The position numbers and the translations under genes are program-made. Positions 43,332-51,045 of a stretch of DNA of 64,000 nucleotides are shown here, one piece after another (the first letter of the stretch is position 1; each line of letters starts with the position of its first letter). The stretch lies in contig JAWLBL010000005.1 of assembly GCA_041687695.1 (NCBI GenBank), positions 4,382 to 68,381 of the forward strand, given 5' to 3'. This DNA is from Myxococcota bacterium. Its GTDB lineage: Bacteria; Myxococcota_A; UBA9042; PHBI01; JAWLBL01. The notes beneath the pieces are model-generated. The model had not been told where the DNA came from, did not search any database, and saw nothing but the letters and a program-made list of their open reading frames with translations.

Positions 43332-46300
43332 TCAGCCGGCGACGACCTTGGCGGCCTCGAAGGCTGGGAGGGGCATGGGGGTGCGCAGGCGCCAGGTGAT
43401 GGAGATGGGGCGGCTGCCCTGGTGGTCGACGAGGTCGGCGGGGCCGAGGAAGAGATAGGGGGCCGTGAGCTTGCGGGGGTCTTTCTTGGCGTCGCGGACG
43501 AAGAGCAGGATGTGGGAGCCGGTGTCGCGGTGGGTGAGGTAGCGGCGGCCGGTCGGGGAGTCGGGGGTGGTGGTCGACTGGGACTGCCAGTGGAAGAGCT
43601 CGGGCGTGAGGGGGTAGTCCTCGTAGCGGGTGGTGGGCGAGAAGTGGCGCTCGGTCTTGTGGAGCGTGATGAAGAAGAGGTCGGTGCGGGTGCCCGGGTC
43701 GTAGAAGACGCCCTCGCGCGGGGGCGTGGGGCGGGTCGGGTCGAGGCGGGCGAAGGCGGCGATGATCTCGTCGCGGGTGTAGCGGCCGTGGACGTGCAGG
43801 GGCGCCGGCGACAGGGGCAGCGGCTGGTGGGGCGCCTGGGAGCGGGCGTCGAGGACGTCGAGGAGCTGGGTCAGCTCGGCGAGGACCGCCGGGTGGCGCC
43901 AGAGGTCGTCGAGGGAGGCCTGGAGGGAGGGCCAGGCGTCGCGGGAGCCGCGCAGGCCGAAGTGGAGCATGGCGAGGAGGCGGCGGTCGCGCTCGGACAG
44001 GGCGGACAGGTCGGGCGGCGCGGGGGCGGCCAGGACGCGGCGGTAGGTCTGGCAGCGCTCGGGGTCGTCGACGTGCAGGAGGGTGGCGAGGGAGCGCAGG
44101 AGCGGGGCTTCGTCGGGGCCGGGCGGCGGTGTCGGCAGGCCGGCCTCTCGGCGGACGGTGGTCCAGGACCAGCCGCGGCTGCGGTAGAGGTCCTCGGGCT
44201 CGAGCAGGGTCTCGCGGAGGAAGTCGGCGAGGGTGACCGTGGGGCCGAGGCGCTGGGCGACGGCGCGCAGCTCGTCGGCGAAGCGGCGGGTGGTGGTCGG
44301 GAGCGAGGCCTTGATGTGGGCGAGGATGGTCTCGCGGGCGACCGGGTCGAGCTCGAAGTGGCAGCCGGCGGGGAGGTAGGGGAAGCCGTGCTCGATGACC
44401 TCGGTCAGCGCGCGGCGGGAGGCGCCGGACAGGGCCGCGTAGCGGAGATCGAAGCGGAACTCCTTGCGCTGGCGGCCGATGAAGTCGAGCACGGTGCAGC
44501 AGGTCTTGCCGTCGGAGAAGCGCAGGCCGCGGCCGAGCTGTTGGAGGAAGACGGTGGCGCTCTCGGTGGGGCGCAGGAACAGGAGCGTGTCGACCTGGGG
44601 GACGTCGACGCCCTCGTTGTAGAGGTCGACGGCGAACAGGGCGTTGAGGTCGCGGCGGGCGAGGCGGGTCAGGGCGGCGTCGCGCTCGGCGGCCGGGGTG
44701 TCGGCCGAGACGGCGAGGGAGGGCAGGCCGGCGGCGGTGAACTGGGCGGCCATGAAGCGGGCGTGGTCGACCGAGACGCAGAAGCCGATGGCGCGCATCT
44801 GGTGGACGTCGGGGAGCTTGGCGCGCAGGGCGGCGAGGACCAGGGCGACGCGGGCGTGGTCGCCCGTGTAGAGGTTGGTGAGGTCCTCGGCGGCGTAACC
44901 GCCGCGGCGCCAGGAGACGTGGCGGAGGTCGGTGTTGTCGGACAGGCCGAAGTACTGGAAGGGACAGAGGAGCTGGCGGTCGAGGGCCTCCCACAGGCGC
45001 AGCTCGGCCGCGATGCGGTCGCCGAAGAAGGGCAGGACCGACTGGCCGTCGGCGCGCTCGGGGGTGGCGGTGAGACCGAGCAGGTAGCGCGGCTGGAGGC
45101 GGTCGAGGAGGCGCCGGTAGGTCGGCGCGGCGGCGTGGTGGAACTCGTCGACGATGACCATGTCGAAGTGGGCGGGCGGCAGATCGTCGGGGCCGAGGGC
45201 GTCGAGGGACTGGACGGAGGCGAAGACGTGGCGCCAGGCGTCGGGGCGGGCGCCGGCGACGAAGAGCTCTCCGAAGGCGCCGTCGCGGAGGACGGCGCGG
45301 AAGGTGTGGAGGGTCTGGAGGAGGAGCTCCTTGCGGTGGGCGACGAAGAGGAGCTTCAGGTCGCCGTGGGCCTGGACGAGGCGGCGGTAGTCGAGGGCGG
45401 CGACGACGGTCTTGCCGGTGCCGGTGGCGGCGACGACCAGGTTGCGAGTGCGGCCGTGGCGCTCGCGCTCGAGACGCAGGGCGTCGAGGATCTCGCGCTG
45501 GTGGGGGCGGGGCTCGACGTCGAGGTGGACGAAGCTGAGGGTCGGCGCGGGCTGGTGGCGCGCGAGGGCGCGGTCGAGGCGGGGGGCGTCGCGGGCGGGG
45601 TCGTAGGGCTGGAAGGCCTCGCTGAGCCAGTAGCTGTCGAAGGTGGCGCGGAACTTGTCGAGCAGGTGCGGGGCCTCGGTGTTCGACAGGCGGACGTTCC
45701 ACTCGAGGCCGTCGAGGAGGGCCGAGCGGGACATGTTCGAGGAGCCGACGTAGGCGGTCGAGTAGCCCGAGGCGCGATGGAAGAGCCAGGCCTTGGCGTG
45801 CAGGCGCGTCGTGTCGCGCTCGTCCATGGCGACGCGGATCTCGGCGCCGAGCTCGTGCAGGCGGTCCAAGGCGCGGCGCTCGGTGACGCCCATGTAGGTG
45901 GTGGTCAGCAGGCGCAGGGGGCGGCCGCGGTCACGGAGGTGGGCGACGAGGGCGGACTCGAGGGTGCGCAGGCCGTACCAGCGGACGAAGGCGAGGATGA
46001 CGTCGACGCGGTCGGCGGAGGCCAGCTCGCGGCGGAGCTCGGCGCCGATGGAGGGCTCGCCGTGGGCGTTGGTGAGGAGGGCGCTGCCGGACAGGACGGT
46101 GGTCGGGCGGTCGGGGGGCGCGGAGGGGGCGAGCGGGCGGGCTTCGGTGATGGCGAGGAGCTGGCGGGCCGGCAGGGCGAGGGCGTCGCCGTCGTCGGGG
46201 GCGCGGCGGGCGTCGCGCAGGACGGCGAGGACGCGCTGGTGCAGGGCGGCCTGCTCGTCGGGGCGGCCGCGGAGGGCGCGGGTCAGCAGGTGGTGGAGGT

Positions 46301-46466
46301 GGCGCGCGAGGGCGACGTGGGCGTCGCCGGGGTCGAGGGGCTCGGTGTGGGCGGTGGCCGAGGCGGGGAGCGCGCGGAGGCGGCGGTCGAGGGCCTCGGT
46401 GACCAGGGCCTCGTACAGCCCGGGAGGGAGCGCGTCGGGGGCGAGGTCGTCGGAGCCTTGCGTCAC
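43332..46466 (-). CDS. SauUSI-like type IV restriction enzyme: PLD nuclease + SF2 helicase + DUF3427
   Basis: PLD 'LHAKAW...GSSN', helicase 'ATGTGKT', 'DEFHH', 'LTATPER', 'QQLGRGLR', and DUF3427 'REGV...LFFITL.K...Y.DY...FHWQSQS'. Confidence 0.92.
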   Translation of the reverse strand: MTQGSDDLAPDALPPGLYEALVTEALDRRLRALPASATAHTEPLDPGDAHVALARHLHHLLTRALRGRPDEQAALHQRVLAVLRDARRAPDDGDALALPARQLLAITEARPLAPSAPPDRPTTVLSGSALLTNAHGEPSIGAELRRELASADRVDVILAFVRWYGLRTLESALVAHLRDRGRPLRLLTTTYMGVTERRALDRLHELGAEIRVAMDERDTTRLHAKAWLFHRASGYSTAYVGSSNMSRSALLDGLEWNVRLSNTEAPHLLDKFRATFDSYWLSEAFQPYDPARDAPRLDRALARHQPAPTLSFVHLDVEPRPHQREILDALRLERERHGRTRNLVVAATGTGKTVVAALDYRRLVQAHGDLKLLFVAHRKELLLQTLHTFRAVLRDGAFGELFVAGARPDAWRHVFASVQSLDALGPDDLPPAHFDMVIVDEFHHAAAPTYRRLLDRLQPRYLLGLTATPERADGQSVLPFFGDRIAAELRLWEALDRQLLCPFQYFGLSDNTDLRHVSWRRGGYAAEDLTNLYTGDHARVALVLAALRAKLPDVHQMRAIGFCVSVDHARFMAAQFTAAGLPSLAVSADTPAAERDAALTRLARRDLNALFAVDLYNEGVDVPQVDTLLFLRPTESATVFLQQLGRGLRFSDGKTCCTVLDFIGRQRKEFRFDLRYAALSGASRRALTEVIEHGFPYLPAGCHFELDPVARETILAHIKASLPTTTRRFADELRAVAQRLGPTVTLADFLRETLLEPEDLYRSRGWSWTTVRREAGLPTPPPGPDEAPLLRSLATLLHVDDPERCQTYRRVLAAPAPPDLSALSERDRRLLAMLHFGLRGSRDAWPSLQASLDDLWRHPAVLAELTQLLDVLDARSQAPHQPLPLSPAPLHVHGRYTRDEIIAAFARLDPTRPTPPREGVFYDPGTRTDLFFITLHKTERHFSPTTRYEDYPLTPELFHWQSQSTTTPDSPTGRRYLTHRDTGSHILLFVRDAKKDPRKLTAPYLFLGPADLVDHQGSRPISITWRLRTPMPLPAFEAAKVVAG

Positions 46467-46564
46467 GGAGGGCCTCCTGCGGGGGCGAAGGGAGGCGGCG
46501 ACCGTACTGCGCGGGCGGGAGGTCTGGCAACGGGGTGTTGGGGGGGGGCGAGCGCGCGGCGGAT

Positions 46565-46599
46565 TGCACGAAACTTAACTGAGAGTTGAGTTTCGTGCA
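46565..46599 (+). promoter_or_regulatory. Inverted-repeat operator overlapping promoter and start of AbiEi gene 1
   Basis: TGCACGAAACTTAACT-GAG-AGTTGAGTTTCGTGCA (16-bp arms, 1 mismatch). Confidence 0.7.
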
Positions 46600-47189
46600 T
46601 GAATCGAAACGAGACATCGAGACGGGGAGGGGATTGGGACGCGCTGTATGGGGTGGCCGAGGCGCAGGCCGGGTACGTCACGGCGGCGCAAGCGCGTGAG
46701 GCCGGGTACTATCCGGAGCTACTGCATCGGTACGTCGCCAACGGCACCCTCGCGCGGGTGCGGCGTGGGGTGTACCGGCTGGTGCACTTCCCTGCGAGCG
46801 AGCACGAGGAGCTCGTCGTGGTGTGGCTGTGGGCCGACCGGGCGGGGGTGTTCTCGCACGAGACGGCGCTCTGGCTGCATGGGCTCTCTGACGTGCTGCC
46901 GGCGCGGGTCCATCTGACGGTGCCTTCGAGTTGGCGCAGGAGGCGGCTGCGAGTGCCCCACGGGGTCGTGATGCATCATGCGGAGGTGGCCGAGGGGGAC
47001 CGGTCCTGGATGGGGCCGGTGCCGGTCACGTCGGTGACGCGTACGCTGCGGGACAGTGTGGCGGCGCATGTGTCGCCCGAGCTGAACGAGGCGGCGCTGG
47101 CGGAGGCGCGGGCGCGTGGGCTGATGGGGGCGGCTGAAGCGGCCGAGGTGGATGAGGCGCTGCGAGCAGCGGGGGAGATTGGCTCGTGA
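46599..47189 (+). CDS. abiEi: Type IV TA antitoxin, AbiEi family
   Basis: 'AQAGYVTAAQA...RVRRGVYRL...FSHETALWLHGL...VPVTSVTRTLRD'. Confidence 0.88.
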   Translation: MNRNETSRRGGDWDALYGVAEAQAGYVTAAQAREAGYYPELLHRYVANGTLARVRRGVYRLVHFPASEHEELVVVWLWADRAGVFSHETALWLHGLSDVLPARVHLTVPSSWRRRRLRVPHGVVMHHAEVAEGDRSWMGPVPVTSVTRTLRDSVAAHVSPELNEAALAEARARGLMGAAEAAEVDEALRAAGEIGS

Positions 47190-47323
47190 GTACGACGCGG
47201 TACGCGACTCCGCAGGCCTTCAAGCAGGGGTTGGAGCAGCTTGTTGAAGGCTCAGCCTTCGGCCTTGGCGCGGCTGAGCAGGCGGGCGTGGACGGAGGCC
47301 GCGAGGTTCGCGGGGGTGGTCAT
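47186..47323. pseudogene. Two fused, convergent 5' stubs of AbiEii toxin genes
   Basis: + strand from 47186: MSTTRYATPQAFKQGLEQ. - strand from 47323: MTTPANLAASVHARLLSRAKAEG*. Both are AbiEii-like N-termini coupled to the antitoxin stops. Confidence 0.75.
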
Positions 47324-47925
47324 TGCAGGGCCTCGAGGTAGGGCCGGAGCGGGCCCTCGACGCGGCAGAGGCGGGCGTAGTGCAGGAGTTCGGAGGGCTG
47401 GACGTGCTTGCGGGTGAGGGCCTGCTGCAGGGCATCGAGGGCGACGTCGAGGCCGAGCTTGTGGCGGAAGCGGAAGCAGTCGACGACGGTCTTGGCGAGG
47501 CCGTAGACGGGCACCTGGACGCCGTCGAGGGGGAGGTGCTCGATGCCCTCGGAGAACGCAGGGCCGGAGAAGTGGAAGACGCGGATGGGCGGGTGGTCGA
47601 GCGCGGGGGGAGTAACGCCTCTGGGGAGGGCGATGTGGACCTCGTGGGGCACCTCGGAGGTGGCGTCGTGGAGGGCCAGGGCCGAGATGAGGCACACGAC
47701 GGCGCGAGGGACGCGGAGGGCGACGGTGACGAGGTCCGGGTGCTCGAGCGGCGGAGCGTCGGTGAGGCGGTAGACGCCGCGGGTGAGCGGCTCGACCAGG
47801 CCGGCGTCGCGGAGGGCGTAGAGCGTGCGGGGGTGGATGCCGAGGGCCAGGGCCTGGCTGGTCTCGAGCATCCCGGCGTGCTCTCGAAAGACCTGGAGGG
47901 CGTGCTGCGTGGAGTGGAGCGTCAT
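47320..47925 (-). CDS. abiEi: Type IV TA antitoxin, AbiEi family
   Basis: 'GIHPRTLYAL...RGVYRL...VVCLISALALH...YGLAKTVVDCFRFRHKLGLDVA'. Confidence 0.9.
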   Translation of the reverse strand: MTLHSTQHALQVFREHAGMLETSQALALGIHPRTLYALRDAGLVEPLTRGVYRLTDAPPLEHPDLVTVALRVPRAVVCLISALALHDATSEVPHEVHIALPRGVTPPALDHPPIRVFHFSGPAFSEGIEHLPLDGVQVPVYGLAKTVVDCFRFRHKLGLDVALDALQQALTRKHVQPSELLHYARLCRVEGPLRPYLEALQ

Positions 47926-47927
47926 GT

Positions 47928-47975
47928 TGGATAGAATCTACACCACTTCGCTATGGGTGTAGTGGATTTTATCCA
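47928..47975 (-). promoter_or_regulatory. Imperfect inverted-repeat operator of AbiEi gene 2
   Basis: TGGATAGAATCTACACC ... GGTGTAGTGGATTTTATCCA immediately upstream of the ATG. Confidence 0.6.
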
Positions 47976-48149
47976 GGCGGGTGCCTGCGGTGGTGGGCGC
48001 AGGGGGCGGGGCGCAGCGAGCTGGGCCAGGCCGGAGCACGATCGACCTCGTGCAGTTCGGGGGGCGGGCGTCGATTGCGAAGCAGCGGCGCGGTTGGATG
48101 GGGGCGGCGCGGCCTTGGGGGGCCGCGCCGCGGGGGGACGAGGGGGGGA

Positions 48150-49265
48150 TTAGAAGGTGGGGTTGAGGGAGTCGAGCCAGGTGTAGGCGTCGAAGGGGGC
48201 GGCGAAGGGCTGGGCGGCGGTGGCCGGGAGGGGGGCGTAGGCGGTGGGGGTCAGGGCCTGGGTGGCGTCCTCGGTGAAGGGCTCGGGGGTGCCGAGGGTG
48301 ACCCACTGGTGGAAGCGGGCGCCGCCGTTGGCCTCGTAGGTGATGACCCAGGCGAGGTGGAGCTTGGGGGCCGAGGCGAGGTCGACGCCGACCAGTTCGA
48401 AGTCGGTGACGGTGCCCTCGACGGCCGGGGAGGTGACGACGACGTTGGTGCTCTCGAGGGGCTCGCTGCCGTCGCAGCTCTGGGCGTAGACGCTGACGGA
48501 GGCGGCGATGAGGCGGCGGCTGACGAGGGAGACGTCGGTGAGGGGGGTGGTGACGGGCTCGCCCTGGGCGTCGGTGTGGACGGCCTCGGTGGGCAGGGGG
48601 AAGGTCGCGTCGACCTGGACGGCGAGGGTGTCCTCGTCGAAGACCAGGCTGGCGGCGGCTTCGATGGCGCCGGGGGCGGTGGAGAGGGCGACGCCACGCT
48701 GGGGCTCGGTCCAGCCGGTGACCAGGGTGAGCATCGGGGTCGGGGCGGGGGTGTCGTCGCAGGTGGTCTCGACGCAGGACTCGCCGTCGCAGCGGGTGCA
48801 GGCGCACTGGGAGGTCACGCAGGACAGGACCATGCAGCCGTCGTTGCCGATGCAGGCGGGGTCGGGCTTGGGGGCGTGGGCGGGCGGCTCGTCGCAGGTG
48901 GGGGTCCAGGGGTCGGTGACGTCCGGGTCGGTCGCGTCCGGGTCGGTCGCGTCCGGGTCGGTCGCGTCCGGGTCGGTCGCGTCCGGGTCGGTCGCATCGG
49001 GGTCGGTGACGTCGGGGTCGGTCGCGTCGGGGTCGGTGACGTCGGGGTCGGTGGTGTCGGGCTCGGTGGTGTCGGGCTCGGTGGTGTCGGGCTCGGTGGT
49101 GTCGGGCTCGGTGGTGTCGGGCTCGAGGACGTCGGATTGGTCGGTGTCGGGGGTCGGCGAGGGGCTCGGGCCGTCGGAGCCGCAGGCGGACGCGAGGAGG
49201 GCCAGCAGGGCCAAGGTGGTCAGGCCGCGGGCCGGAAGTCGAACGCGAGAGCGGGTGCGGGTCAT
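48150..49265 (-). CDS. Lipoprotein with PD(T/A/V)T(E/D) 5-aa repeats and a Cys-rich segment
   Basis: LASAC lipobox; 15-bp tandem repeats at ~48910-49125. Confidence 0.8.
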   Translation of the reverse strand: MTRTRSRVRLPARGLTTLALLALLASACGSDGPSPSPTPDTDQSDVLEPDTTEPDTTEPDTTEPDTTEPDTTDPDVTDPDATDPDVTDPDATDPDATDPDATDPDATDPDATDPDVTDPWTPTCDEPPAHAPKPDPACIGNDGCMVLSCVTSQCACTRCDGESCVETTCDDTPAPTPMLTLVTGWTEPQRGVALSTAPGAIEAAASLVFDEDTLAVQVDATFPLPTEAVHTDAQGEPVTTPLTDVSLVSRRLIAASVSVYAQSCDGSEPLESTNVVVTSPAVEGTVTDFELVGVDLASAPKLHLAWVITYEANGGARFHQWVTLGTPEPFTEDATQALTPTAYAPLPATAAQPFAAPFDAYTWLDSLNPTF

Positions 49266-49581
49266 GGTGCGGCTCACTTCGGGAGGTTGCGGTGGGGTCG
49301 CTCGCGCTGGGCTCCGTGCCTGCGGAGCGAGGTACGTCAGATGTGGCAGGCCGCCAAAGCAGGAACCGGGCCAAGTGGGGCGGGGCCGCGTGGCCTCTAC
49401 GGACATGGCGAGATGGGCCGCTGGACATGTGGCGAATAGTTACACACTCCCCCTCCCCTCCCCCGGGGCAGCGGTGTCGCGGGGGGGAGAACAAGGGCGG
49501 CCGGGGGCGGCGCTTGTCTTGGGGCGAGCGAGAGGCCTAAGCTGCGCGCGCCTTGATTTCAAGGATGGGAGGGACAGGGCG

Positions 49582-50634
49582 ATGCGGATCTGGAAGGGCC
49601 TGGTGGGCCGGTGCGTGGGGTTGGGGCTGGTGGCCAGCGTGGCGCTGGTCGGGTGCGACGACGGGTCGCAGGCCGGCGTGGGCGGGACCGCGGACGTGAT
49701 CGCGGACGTGGACGCGGCGGGCGGCGGCGACGGTGCCGGCTCGGAGGACGCCGAGGGCGACGCCGCGGCCGAGCAGGACGTGCCGGCCGAGGACGACGTC
49801 GCGGTCGAGCAGGACGTGCCGGCCGAGGAAGACGTCGCGGCCGAGCAGGACGTGCCGGCCGAGCAGGACGTGCCGGGCCAGGAGGACGCGACGGTCGTGG
49901 ACGCGACGGAGGACGTCGGCCCGATCGAGGACGTGCCGGCCGAGCAGGACGTGCCGGCCGAGCAGGACGTGCCGGTCGAGCAGGACGTGCCGGCCGAGCA
50001 GGACGTCACGGCCAGCGAGGACACGATGGTCGACGCGGGGCCGGTCGTGCTGCCGAGCGCCTGCGACGGCAACCCGGCGTGTCCAGAGACCAGCGACGGC
50101 CTGCCGGACGTGGCCATCGTGAAGGCGGCGGGCGTGCCGCCGACGCTGACGGGCGGGCCCGTCCCGGCGGGTCACTACATTCTGACGGGCGTGGACCTGT
50201 ACCTGGCGCACGCGTCGTCGTTCGCGGCGTCGCTGGTCGAGGTCAGCAGCCAGGGCGACACCTACGGCTCGACGCTGTTCTGCGCGGACTCGCTGGCGCT
50301 GAGCGCCAACCTGGACATCCTGTTCAGCATCGCGGCGCTGGGACAGAACCTGGACTTCGCGCAGGGCATCTTCGGCGGCGGCACCTTCACCGTGCAGGGC
50401 GGGGCGCTGGCGACCGACATCCTGGAGTGCTACGACGGCAACAACCCGCCGGACTTCCCGCTGCCCGAGACCTACGCCTACCAGACCGGGGGCGGTGAGC
50501 TCGTGATGGAGATCATCATCCCCAGCCAGACGCTCAAGGACCTCGTCGCCGAAAACGCTCCGCTGGCCAGCAGCTTCGTTGCGGACGCCAAGGACCTACA
50601 CATTCACCTGAAGTTCTCGGCGGCGGTCGAGTAG
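49582..50634 (+). CDS. Lipoprotein with EQDVPA repeats
   Basis: LVGC lipobox, GGAGGG RBS, 18-bp repeats at ~49770-50005. Confidence 0.8.
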   Translation: MRIWKGLVGRCVGLGLVASVALVGCDDGSQAGVGGTADVIADVDAAGGGDGAGSEDAEGDAAAEQDVPAEDDVAVEQDVPAEEDVAAEQDVPAEQDVPGQEDATVVDATEDVGPIEDVPAEQDVPAEQDVPVEQDVPAEQDVTASEDTMVDAGPVVLPSACDGNPACPETSDGLPDVAIVKAAGVPPTLTGGPVPAGHYILTGVDLYLAHASSFAASLVEVSSQGDTYGSTLFCADSLALSANLDILFSIAALGQNLDFAQGIFGGGTFTVQGGALATDILECYDGNNPPDFPLPETYAYQTGGGELVMEIIIPSQTLKDLVAENAPLASSFVADAKDLHIHLKFSAAVE

Positions 50635-51045
50635 CGCCGCAGCCGAGCCTAGCAGGCTCCACATGCTTCGGTCTCGATGCGTGCTGGCTGACGTGGCCGG
50701 GGCCGAGGTCACCAGTTGCACCGAGCCCCCAGCACCAGCAAGCACGAGTCGGTGCAGGACCGGGTCGACCTCGTCCCGCGAGCGGCCCGGTCCCCTGACT
50801 CATGCCTATGCCGATCCTCCTCTGCTTCGCCTCATCGAGGGCCCGCGACTCGGCTCAGGCTCATGTCGATGCTGGTCAGTGCTTTGCCAGTTCCCCCGCA
50901 TTCGCCTGACGAGCAACGCCGGGGCGTGGCCCTGGGCGGCTGGACCTCAGCCGCCACCGCTGTGATCGGCCTATGGTCAGGGAGCCGCTTCTCCCAGCGC
51001 GCGGTTCATGATAGGTCTCTCCAACCTGCTATCGATGGAGAAGTC

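Noticed and set aside
43278..46589. 1103-aa plus-strand ORF
   Set aside because: Antisense shadow of the PLD-helicase gene, typical of high-GC DNA. The same applies to 53785-56871, 61734-63881 and many other overlapping ORFs.
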